A stretch of DNA of 64,000 nucleotides. Origin: Victivallaceae bacterium. Its GTDB lineage: Bacteria > Verrucomicrobiota > Lentisphaeria > Victivallales > Victivallaceae. The stretch's first letter is position 1, and the number at the start of each line of letters is the position of its first letter. Below the pieces are notes generated by a model that saw nothing but the letters and a program-made list of their open reading frames with translations, had not been told where the DNA came from and did not search any database. The position numbers and the translations under genes are program-made. This document shows, one piece after another, positions 37,828 through 46,664 of this stretch. The stretch is from NCBI GenBank assembly GCA_031549345.1, contig JAVBPY010000009.1:100733-164732 (forward strand), read 5' to 3'.

Positions 37828-39318
37828 CTATCTCAAGTTCATCGGTAAAACACGAATCTCTATATTCCGCGCACTGGGCGCGTTGACGAAAAGAATCGCC
37901 GAACGGCATTCCCGGGGCAAATCCACCGCCGTTTCGCCGTTTCCCCAGTCAAGCCCCACCCGCCGTGTACGCGGCATGGGAAGCGATACAAGCTGAAACT
38001 CTTTGGGAAGGAGCTCCCAGGTGCGCGTATCGGCGGTGTTCATCGCGTACTTGTACCCCTCCCCCGCGGCGGCAACAGCCAGCAAAGAAAGCGTTTTTGC
38101 CGTATCGTTCATATCGGAGGCGCCGATTACGGCCAACCCTCCATAATATGCGGTTTCCTTGATCGCCGTACCGATTACGATGTGTGTAACGATTCCCGGG
38201 AGCCGCGCCTGAAATTCCCGCGCGAAGACCGCGTCCATATCGGCCAAAAGTTCCGTATTAAAAGACGTTCCTTCTGCATGAACACGCAACGCGCGGAATG
38301 GCGCGGGATAAAATTCACACATCCCCCACGCGGTCGCAACAGGAAACTGAATCGCAACGGGCTTAAGTGCCACGCCGCGACCGTTCGCAAACAAAACATG
38401 CAGACAATTCCGATCCAGCGGGAACGCAAACGGAACAACGCCATTCAACGACGCCGGAATTTCCCGCCGCGCCGCGTTCAACGCCGTAATATAATACTTC
38501 CCTGCCAACGAACTTGCCGGCATGGCCTCGCAGAGCTCCCGGAAATACACACACGCGCCTTCGGCGTTCCCATCACGCAAGGCCGCAAGGCCGGAGAGGA
38601 ACAGGGAAACAGGGTTGACGAAAAGCCCGTAGCCTTCTTCGCTTTTTTTTCGCATCGCGGAATAAGTGCGGGAAAACGTTTCGTTACTCTTCCTCCTGCC
38701 CAAATTCTCCGGCGTGGCGGAAACCGCCGCGGAAGGAAGATTCGGGTTCTCCCTCCGAATGCGGGCGATCTCCTCTTTTTCCGCTTCGATGAATGCGGCG
38801 AACTCCTCCTGCAATTTCTTCTGTTCGTCGCCCAGGCGGCGCAGCTGTGCGCGAAAGGCCGCCTCGTTCCCCTCCCCCAGATATGCCAGGGATTTATAGA
38901 TCGACAAAGCCACCCTATCGCGGCCAAACCCGCGATAGGGGAGTGCGTTCAGGTTACTCAGCGCCGCCGCGCCCTCTGAAGAAACATCGCGCAAACTCAC
39001 CGTGGCGCGTTCATCGTACGCATCCATAAGCGCTTCCGCGCGCCGGAACGCGTCGAGGCTTTCCTTATAGTTCCCGAGAACAAAATGCATGCTCCCGGCT
39101 TCAAGGCGCCACATCACCTCGTCGCCGCTCCCGACAACCGAACCGTTGAACCATCCGGGCTCCTCAAGTTTTTCCCCGATCGCGCGGCACGTTTCGTCGT
39201 TCTTCCCGGCCATGTACGCCGCAAGCATCGGCTCCTTCTGGCGGTGGGCGTTGACGAAAACCGAACATCCGCTCAGCAACGGCAAAAGAACAAGCATCCA
39301 AGGGAAATTATTTCTCAT
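37828..39318 (-). CDS. Lipoprotein with TPR-like helical region, unknown function
   Basis: MRNNFPWMLVLLPLLSGCS lipoprotein signal (ATG 39318 preferred over the longer track ORF); helical repeats; 9-nt gap to the YcfL-like gene; 11-nt overlap with the upstream giant gene. Confidence 0.45.
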   Translation of the reverse strand: MRNNFPWMLVLLPLLSGCSVFVNAHRQKEPMLAAYMAGKNDETCRAIGEKLEEPGWFNGSVVGSGDEVMWRLEAGSMHFVLGNYKESLDAFRRAEALMDAYDERATVSLRDVSSEGAAALSNLNALPYRGFGRDRVALSIYKSLAYLGEGNEAAFRAQLRRLGDEQKKLQEEFAAFIEAEKEEIARIRRENPNLPSAAVSATPENLGRRKSNETFSRTYSAMRKKSEEGYGLFVNPVSLFLSGLAALRDGNAEGACVYFRELCEAMPASSLAGKYYITALNAARREIPASLNGVVPFAFPLDRNCLHVLFANGRGVALKPVAIQFPVATAWGMCEFYPAPFRALRVHAEGTSFNTELLADMDAVFAREFQARLPGIVTHIVIGTAIKETAYYGGLAVIGASDMNDTAKTLSLLAVAAAGEGYKYAMNTADTRTWELLPKEFQLVSLPMPRTRRVGLDWGNGETAVDLPRECRSAILFVNAPSARNIEIRVLPMNLR

Positions 39319-42300
39319 AGATATAGAGTTTGATTTCCTGCACCGTGCCGCGGGCTTCAGGCCTTGGGTCCCAATTAAGGAGCATGATTTCATTGGACGC
39401 GCCGGATCTCACCCAGGGGGTTACATCCAGATATGTGAGCTCGCCGATCCTATGATGATGCCGCCGCACATAATGACCGTTCACCATGGCGCCGATTAAA
39501 TCGACGTCCCCTTTCCAATATAGGAAAACGCGGTTTCCCGCCTTCAACGCCGGAACGACTGCCTGCCGTTGCCGGATGTTTCCCACAGTCGTTCCGGGCA
39601 AGGTCGCTTTGGTTGAGGTCAAGGCGGTCATGCCTTGAAAAATTTCCCACTCCCCGGCAAGATCGATCACCCGCGAAGGATTCGGAATGTACGAGAGGAA
39701 CGTGCCCCCCTTTACTCCGTAAATACGCGGGTGCGTATTCTCGATCAAGAGCCCGAGAACAACCGTATCACCCCCCTTAGCCGCCAACGGAACGTGCCCG
39801 AGGCCGGTTCCGGGACGCGATGTCGCGAGAGGTTTTCCATCAATATACAATGTCATGGTTCCATTGATGGCGCCGCTAAGATACATCGCCGTGTTCCAAA
39901 AATAGATCGAGCCATTGCTCCAATTTTTCGGAATCACCACCGTGCGCCGCGCAAGGAAACGACTTCCCTTCACCTCCACATCGCGCACCCATGAGGTCAG
40001 TTCCCGTTTGCTCCACTCTTTTCCCGTCCCGCCGAAATCCGCCTTTTCGTTGGCATCGATAGTCCGGATTTCCCATTCGCCATCGAGATTCAACGTGTTT
40101 TCCGTATGCGCGGTCGTCGCGTCACGGAGCGTAACGGGGGGCTTTTCCGTTCCCTGCCAGTAATTGTATTGGACATTGAACCACTCCGCGGTAGCCGCTT
40201 CCGGGTTGCGCGGCGAAGTAAAAGCCTTGAATTCCAACGGAGGAATTTCGCCGGTAATGGCCCCGGGCTTGCCGGTCAGAACGTCGGTGAGGACGCGCTC
40301 CTTGCCGTCGCGGAACTTAAACGTGTACGGAACGGCCTTTTTCTCATCGCTGTTCCAAAGGACCCACACATCGTACAAGCCGTTGTTGCTTACGAAATGA
40401 CGCGGATACAGCGGGGCTTCCGCCACCAGTCCAAGGGGCGTGATTCCCGCTTGCCGCAGAATATCACAAAGCAATTTCCGGGAATTCTCCTTCGAAGCAA
40501 GAAGGCGCGTACCGAATGTGATCACCATCCCTTTTCCCAGACGGCGCATCCCGATGGCGGTGGAGCCGTCGGCCCATGTCGCGAGGGTTTCCGTCCCCTG
40601 CCCCACGCTTTTAAGTTTAACGCCATCGGCAAGGAACGGCGCCTCCAAGACGTTCACCTGGAAGATTTTCTGCCCCGGCGCAAAGGAAAACGCCTCGTAT
40701 TTCTCCGGTTGGTTGCCGGCTTTATAACGGGAAATGGATGTCGCGACGAACCCGGTCAGCGCTTGGGCGGGCCAGGCGTCCGGCGCTTCCGGCGCATGGC
40801 GTCCCGTCTGGGGCATGGCGAGAAAAATGCCGCCGTTGCGTACCCATTTTTCAATGCCCTTTTGCGTTTCCGGCCGCAAAACCGTGCTGTTCGTATCGAT
40901 AATCACCCGGTACGCGTCGGCGAGCGTGTTGGAGAAGTCCGCCGGAATGAGCGCATCCATGGGGTAGTCGCGCACCAGCGTTTCATTGAAACGCCAGCTC
41001 CAGTACCCGGAGGGGTACGCAACATTTCCGTCGGCCATCCACGGATATCCCAGAAGGGCGGCGATGTCCGAATCATGCAGTAAAGCCACCTCCGCCTTCT
41101 GTTGGTGCCGCTGACCGAGCTGGCGCAACGCGGGGAGGACACGCTCAAAATACTCGCGGATCGGCGCATCCCAATAAATGCTCCCCAGGTGAATAAAGTA
41201 GTGAATCGCGTTGACGCCGCAGACCATATACAGCCCGGTGTGTTTCTTAAAATGCATCTGGTCCCGCGCCGGGGCGCTCGGTTCGATGGAAAACGGCAGT
41301 CCGGCGCCACGCATAAGCATCGGCAGAAGATCGTGGTACGAGCCGGACATATAGCCTGTGTTGTGGAAGTGTGCGCCGTATTTCCGCGCCGCTTCGCGCA
41401 CCTGGTTGGAGAAACGGTCCGGCGCCATGCAGACGATCGATTTATCCGGATCCGCCTCGCGGATCATCCCCATGCCAAGCTCCAACGCCCGTTCGCGCGC
41501 CCAGATTTGCCAATCGATGAAATCGACCCAGCGGGCGTTCCACTCCGGCCCGAGATACGGATATTTCTTCGGCTCCGTCGGGCTCAGGTATACCCGGTAG
41601 CAGACCGCGCCTTTGGGGAGATTCGCCGCCAGAAGATTATCACCCTTTTTGAGTATATTGGTAACCTCGTACGCACCCCAGTGCGGCGCAGTATGCAATG
41701 GGGAGTCGGAGCCGATCTTTTTCCCGTTCAGATACACCGTAACCGTTTCCTTCGTTCCGGCGTTCAAATCCCACATGTAAAGCCACATTTTTCCGGAAGG
41801 TTCTTTATCCCAAGAAAATTTCCGCCGGAGAACAGCCGGACGCTTGGGGATAAAAAACGCCTGATCGCTGCCGGGCATTTCACGGACCATCGGCCAACTG
41901 GAATCGTCGAATGCCGGATCGTAGTATGATGCGGGTGCGGGTTCCACGGGAATGACGACATCCTTGTGGAGTCCGCGATTGTCGATCTCCGGCGCACCGG
42001 GCTTCAGCTTCAAATACCCCAGACGCCAGGAACCGGAAAGATCCGTGGCCTTTTCATTCCATCCGGCGAACTCGGCGAGCTCCGGCAGACGAATCTCATC
42101 CCATTTTTTGATTTTTCCCGGCGCGCCGTAATACCGGGAGGAAACGGCCTCCGGCGTTGCGTAACGTTCCTTCAGGAATGCACGGAAGCTCCGGTCCGCC
42201 ACAGGACCGTGCTCCAGAAAAAGCGTGTAGTTCCCGTGGTAAAGCTCCCCGTGCGGCTCCAGGTATTCGATCACATGGTCGGCTTTCCCGTATTTGGCAA

Positions 42301-43162
42301 TCACCTTCTGCAATTGGGCGAGTTCCGCCTTGCGTCCGTCGACGGATGCCCAGCTCAGGAAACCCGCGCCGCCGTAAAACGGCTCGCCGATCGAATGATA
42401 ACCGCCGATGTAGTGCGGAACACGCGCCGACTCATCGGCACGGAAATCGTTCCCGATGCGCGGCTTCGGCCCCATGTTCGTATTCAGAACCACGGGAAGC
42501 CCGCGCTCTTCGGCCAATTTGTACGCCCAGCGCCAGGCGTTTTCATTCAAGACGCCCTGTGCGAAGTCGGCGTTGTGCGTTTCCGTCCAAAAAACAAGGC
42601 CGAGGCTGCCGAGACGGCTTGCAAACTCAAATTCCGGCAGTGGATCGTACTCCGACTCCTTTACTTTCGGCGGCGCACTGTTGACCCGGTAATAAAAGCG
42701 AAACGCATATTGATCCCAGCTGTTCAGATACATCGGGACTTTCACTGCCGAGCGTGTGTTCTCCAACGTCGGTCCCACGCCGGAAGCGAGCATGGACTGC
42801 AGAAGCGCCGCCTCGGTCTTCCCGTGAAAGATGCGGAACTCCGCGTCTTTGCGGACGCCCGAAAACCATCCACCGGCGGGGAGTTTGTAGGCATAAAATT
42901 CCCCACGCGGACCGCGAAGCTTACACAACTCCGCCGTACCGATGGTGGAGGTAATGTCCGAATGAAATTTCGCCTGCCACAGCTCCGCCGCGGCCGGCGT
43001 CGCGCTGCGCACCGAGAGAACGCTGGAGTCCCCTTTGCCGGAAAAATCCGCTGAAACCTTTCCGTATCCCCGCAAAATACGTTCGGGAAACTTCTGCTCC
43101 GCCGCCTGTCCCGCGCCCGCGCCGAGCGCGAGAAGCAGGGCCAACCCAATGCCCTTATTCAT
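39308..43162 (-). CDS. Large secreted glycoside-hydrolase-like protein (beta-galactosidase-like TIM barrel with several galactose-binding-like beta-sandwich domains), about 1284 aa
   Basis: Signal peptide MNKGIGLALLLALGAGAGQAAE (ATG 43162, avoiding overlap with aroA); long multi-domain body rich in W/Y sugar-binding-type residues; adjacent to sugar ABC permeases. Family assignment is by eye only. Confidence 0.4.
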   Translation of the reverse strand: MNKGIGLALLLALGAGAGQAAEQKFPERILRGYGKVSADFSGKGDSSVLSVRSATPAAAELWQAKFHSDITSTIGTAELCKLRGPRGEFYAYKLPAGGWFSGVRKDAEFRIFHGKTEAALLQSMLASGVGPTLENTRSAVKVPMYLNSWDQYAFRFYYRVNSAPPKVKESEYDPLPEFEFASRLGSLGLVFWTETHNADFAQGVLNENAWRWAYKLAEERGLPVVLNTNMGPKPRIGNDFRADESARVPHYIGGYHSIGEPFYGGAGFLSWASVDGRKAELAQLQKVIAKYGKADHVIEYLEPHGELYHGNYTLFLEHGPVADRSFRAFLKERYATPEAVSSRYYGAPGKIKKWDEIRLPELAEFAGWNEKATDLSGSWRLGYLKLKPGAPEIDNRGLHKDVVIPVEPAPASYYDPAFDDSSWPMVREMPGSDQAFFIPKRPAVLRRKFSWDKEPSGKMWLYMWDLNAGTKETVTVYLNGKKIGSDSPLHTAPHWGAYEVTNILKKGDNLLAANLPKGAVCYRVYLSPTEPKKYPYLGPEWNARWVDFIDWQIWARERALELGMGMIREADPDKSIVCMAPDRFSNQVREAARKYGAHFHNTGYMSGSYHDLLPMLMRGAGLPFSIEPSAPARDQMHFKKHTGLYMVCGVNAIHYFIHLGSIYWDAPIREYFERVLPALRQLGQRHQQKAEVALLHDSDIAALLGYPWMADGNVAYPSGYWSWRFNETLVRDYPMDALIPADFSNTLADAYRVIIDTNSTVLRPETQKGIEKWVRNGGIFLAMPQTGRHAPEAPDAWPAQALTGFVATSISRYKAGNQPEKYEAFSFAPGQKIFQVNVLEAPFLADGVKLKSVGQGTETLATWADGSTAIGMRRLGKGMVITFGTRLLASKENSRKLLCDILRQAGITPLGLVAEAPLYPRHFVSNNGLYDVWVLWNSDEKKAVPYTFKFRDGKERVLTDVLTGKPGAITGEIPPLEFKAFTSPRNPEAATAEWFNVQYNYWQGTEKPPVTLRDATTAHTENTLNLDGEWEIRTIDANEKADFGGTGKEWSKRELTSWVRDVEVKGSRFLARRTVVIPKNWSNGSIYFWNTAMYLSGAINGTMTLYIDGKPLATSRPGTGLGHVPLAAKGGDTVVLGLLIENTHPRIYGVKGGTFLSYIPNPSRVIDLAGEWEIFQGMTALTSTKATLPGTTVGNIRQRQAVVPALKAGNRVFLYWKGDVDLIGAMVNGHYVRRHHHRIGELTYLDVTPWVRSGASNEIMLLNWDPRPEARGTVQEIKLYIYEK

Positions 43163-43190
43163 CGCAATTCCCCCATTTATGAGTGCAACG

Positions 43191-44453
43191 TCAGGAAAAA
43201 TCCGCGCCCAGCGCGGCAAAGTCGGCAATAAATTCCGGATAGGTTACCGCAGACGCCTCCGCGTCGCGAATCACGCTCTCGCCTTCCGCCCCGAGCGCCG
43301 CGACGGCAAGCGCCATAGCCAGGCGGTGATCGTGGTACGACTCCAATTCCGCGCCATGAAGCGGTGTTCCGCCGGCAATCACCATTCCATCGGGAAGCTC
43401 TTCGATCCGCGCGCCCATTTTGCGGAGTTCGCGCGTCGTGCACGCAATGCGGTCCGTCTCCTTAACCCGCGCCTGCGGAACATTGACAAGACGCGTTACC
43501 CCCTTGGCGTATACGGCGGCGGCGGCCATAATCGGCAAGGAATCGGGCACAAAATTCAAATCGAACACGCCGCCGGAAAGGCCGTTTCCCGGCAAAACAC
43601 GTAAGGTTTTCCCATGCGCAAGATGCGCGCCCATCCGTTCGAAAAAGCCGAAAACCGCTTTGTCCCCCTGCACATCGTCGAAATCCAAATTCTCGATATC
43701 CACGCCGTCGCCGAACAACGCGGCGGCGGCCAAGGGGAAACATGCGGTCGAAAAGTCCGCGGGAATCACCGTGTCGAACGCGCGCATTTTCTGGGGTGCG
43801 GGAACGGAAAAGCGCAAGCGCTCAAAATCCGCCCGGTACGCGATGCCGAGCATACGCAGCCATTTCAACGTAATTTCCACATAAGGCGCTTCGTTCAAGA
43901 AGGAAAGCTCGATCTCGCAATCGCGTTCCGCGTAGGGGGCCGCAAAAAGAAGCGAGGTAAGAAACTGCGACGTCGTCCCGTCGCAATGCGCCCGCCCCCC
44001 CTTCAGCGGCCCATGAACCGTAAGGGGGGCGCAACCGCCGGCGCTTTCCACCTTTGCGCCGAGTTCGTGCAGCGATTGCAGGAGCTTTCCCATCAACCGA
44101 GTGCGCAATGAAGCGTCGCCGTCGAAGGACACAGGAAAATCCGCCGTCGCGGCGAGGCCCGCGAGAATGCGCAAACCCGTCCCCGAATTGCCCATATCCA
44201 GCCCCGCGGCCGGACGGAGCAAAGCACCGTTCATCCCGGTAATCCGCCAGGAGCCGGCGGTTTGCTCCACCGCCGCGCCGAGCATCCGCGCCGCGGAGAG
44301 AACCGAGAGGGTATCTTCGGAAACAAGGGGCGCGCGCAGAACGCTCGTCCCCTCCGCCATAAGCCCCGCGGCGATACCGCGGATCGTGTGCGATTTACTT
44401 CCCGGCACCGCGATCGTCCCGCGCAAGCGGGACGGCTTTACCCGAAGATCCAT
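43191..44453 (-). CDS. aroA: 3-phosphoshikimate 1-carboxyvinyltransferase (EPSP synthase)
   Basis: GTIAVPGSKSHTIRGIAAGLMAEG N-terminus and LDMGNSGTGLRIL, RPM/ETDRI motifs typical of AroA; 420 aa. Confidence 0.9.
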   Translation of the reverse strand: MDLRVKPSRLRGTIAVPGSKSHTIRGIAAGLMAEGTSVLRAPLVSEDTLSVLSAARMLGAAVEQTAGSWRITGMNGALLRPAAGLDMGNSGTGLRILAGLAATADFPVSFDGDASLRTRLMGKLLQSLHELGAKVESAGGCAPLTVHGPLKGGRAHCDGTTSQFLTSLLFAAPYAERDCEIELSFLNEAPYVEITLKWLRMLGIAYRADFERLRFSVPAPQKMRAFDTVIPADFSTACFPLAAAALFGDGVDIENLDFDDVQGDKAVFGFFERMGAHLAHGKTLRVLPGNGLSGGVFDLNFVPDSLPIMAAAAVYAKGVTRLVNVPQARVKETDRIACTTRELRKMGARIEELPDGMVIAGGTPLHGAELESYHDHRLAMALAVAALGAEGESVIRDAEASAVTYPEFIADFAALGADFS

Positions 44454-44457
44454 ACTA

Positions 44458-46644
44458 TTACTTCATGCTTGGGATGATGATCCCGCGCAGAATGATCTTC
44501 TGACAACCCAGGAAGACCAGGAGCGTCGGGATGGATGCGATCACAAAACCGGCGCTGACCACCCACGGGAACTTGGCCCACCAGATGTTCGCCTGGTACA
44601 GCCAAACCGCGATCGTCCACATCGATTCCTTCTGACAAATGATCAACGCCCATTCCCAACCGTTATAGGCGTGAATGAACGCATTCAAGCTGTTGATCGC
44701 CAGAATCGGCTTGACCAGCGGCATGGCGACGATCCGGAAAATCTGGAACTCGCTGGCGCCGTCGATGGTCGCCGCTTCGAACAACTCCTGCGGCAAGCTG
44801 TCGAAGAAGCCTTTCAGAATAAAGATGGCCATTCCGTTCGCCGCGCTCGGCAGAACCAGCGCGAAGAAGGTGTTGAGAAGCCCCAGATCGCGCATTAAAA
44901 GGTACGCGGGAATGGCCGAAACCATCGCGGGAAACGCCATCGTCGCAAGCATGAACAAAATGATCTGGTCGCGCTGACGCATGTTGAAACGGGAGAGAGC
45001 GTACGCCGCCAGCGGGTTGACCGTCAGCGTAAGCGCCACGGCAAGCGCGATGAGCATCACCGTAACGGGAATCGCGTTCGCATTCATCAGGAGGAAATCA
45101 AACACCGTCCGGTAATTGCTGAAAATAGGACTCAGCGTAAAGGCGCGCTCGTTCTCCGCAAATGTCGCGGTATACGCAATGGCGAACTGCGGGAAAGCCT
45201 CTTCCATATAACGGAGATTCCAATTGTACGCGGCGTTGATTTTTTCCAACGATCCATAACGCTTCAGAAGGAATTGTTGGTATGCAATCTCCGAGGAATT
45301 GAATTTTCTCTCCGCCGGAGGCACCTGCTGCACAAAGTTGATCCAGATATTGCGCAGATTATTGATCTTTTCGCCCCTTCCATCCGGAATCCGCGCGGTA
45401 ACCTTGAAGCCGCTCCAGTCCTTGCAGTCCGTCCCCAAAAGCTCGTTGACGATACGCAGATGTTTGAACGTGTCCGCCAGAAACTTCTGGTAGGCAGGAT
45501 TGAGTTTTTCCGCCGATTTCAGCTCGACAAGGCGCAAGGGATAGTATGAGCCGGAGAAAAGCGTCCAGAGATCGACGATTTTCCCTCTCATCGTCGCGGG
45601 CAGCGGAAACGGCGTATCCTCCAGGCGCTGGTAATCGGTTCCGGCGAGCTTGTTGTAGTGCTCGACACCGAAGTTTGTTTCAGCAGGCAGCCCGGCAAGC
45701 GCCAGGGCTTTTTCGCCGCCGAGAAAACGGTACCACGCGGCACGCAGCGCATAGGGAAGAATCGGCGAAGCGGGAGCCGTTTCGGCCCGGAACGTCCTCC
45801 ACAATTGCATAATTTCCGGCGAAGTTTCCGGATTTACAGGGAAAACTTCCGCCTCCAGCTTATAGGCAACCTGGTTTTTGGCAAGGTATGCCAGCCATTT
45901 GGCGCGCACGCCCGGTGTGTAAAAGTGGTTGCGCGCGGCGTATTTCATCCGCTCGAAATCCTGGTATTTCGGGCTGTCGATCGGCGGATAGAAACTCGGA
46001 AGATCCAAGGGATAGTTCCGCTCGGTGTCGGTCGTTACGCTATAAAACGTATCCAGTGGAATTTCCCAACTCTTGGACAGGAGCGCAAGAGCCTCCTGCC
46101 GGAGCGCTTTCGCAGAACGGCGCGCGCCCGGATTCGCCAACTGGAATTCCGCGGTGTAATGCGCGGAAAGATAATCGATCGCGTCAAAGTTGGTGAGTGA
46201 ACTTACCGTATCGAGAATCGGATAATCCATCTCGAAATCGGAATAATCCGCGGCTATTTTCCGCTGCACCGCCGCATTGGCCTGGAAGGAATCCAAATAC
46301 CGTTGGGCGAAAGCGTCCGACTCGCGAACGTTATCCCCCATGGCGAGCCAGGTCGTCCAATTGCGGGGCATATCGGGGAACTGGGTCTGCATCTGGGCGT
46401 TCCAGGAGCGGTACAAGTTGAAGTACTTGACAAGTCCCTTCATGTAACGGTCCGGCGAAGACCAGAAATAGCGCGGAACCGGCCGGAACCGGTCATAATC
46501 GTAATCGTTCGTCGTACTGCTCGACACGGTGATGAGGAAGGGCACCACCATGGTGATCCCCAGAACCGAAAGAGCGGCGAATACGAAAATAATGTAGGAC
46601 CGGATCGAAAGCGCCCGCCGGCCGACAACTGGTAAGTGCGACAT
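44458..46644 (-). CDS. ABC transporter permease (carbohydrate, MalG-like) with large N-terminal periplasmic extension
   Basis: C-terminal 280 aa carry 6 TM helices and the EAA loop (EAATIDGASEFQIFRIVAMPL); about 430-aa N-terminal periplasmic domain after one TM helix. Confidence 0.7.
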   Translation of the reverse strand: MSHLPVVGRRALSIRSYIIFVFAALSVLGITMVVPFLITVSSSTTNDYDYDRFRPVPRYFWSSPDRYMKGLVKYFNLYRSWNAQMQTQFPDMPRNWTTWLAMGDNVRESDAFAQRYLDSFQANAAVQRKIAADYSDFEMDYPILDTVSSLTNFDAIDYLSAHYTAEFQLANPGARRSAKALRQEALALLSKSWEIPLDTFYSVTTDTERNYPLDLPSFYPPIDSPKYQDFERMKYAARNHFYTPGVRAKWLAYLAKNQVAYKLEAEVFPVNPETSPEIMQLWRTFRAETAPASPILPYALRAAWYRFLGGEKALALAGLPAETNFGVEHYNKLAGTDYQRLEDTPFPLPATMRGKIVDLWTLFSGSYYPLRLVELKSAEKLNPAYQKFLADTFKHLRIVNELLGTDCKDWSGFKVTARIPDGRGEKINNLRNIWINFVQQVPPAERKFNSSEIAYQQFLLKRYGSLEKINAAYNWNLRYMEEAFPQFAIAYTATFAENERAFTLSPIFSNYRTVFDFLLMNANAIPVTVMLIALAVALTLTVNPLAAYALSRFNMRQRDQIILFMLATMAFPAMVSAIPAYLLMRDLGLLNTFFALVLPSAANGMAIFILKGFFDSLPQELFEAATIDGASEFQIFRIVAMPLVKPILAINSLNAFIHAYNGWEWALIICQKESMWTIAVWLYQANIWWAKFPWVVSAGFVIASIPTLLVFLGCQKIILRGIIIPSMK

Positions 46645-46664
46645 ATTGTTGAATTCCTTTCAGC

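Noticed and set aside
43163-43228. Longer N-terminal extension of the giant glycosidase-like ORF (start 43228)
   Set aside because: It would overlap aroA by 38 nt, and the extension precedes a canonical signal peptide that starts at the internal ATG at 43162
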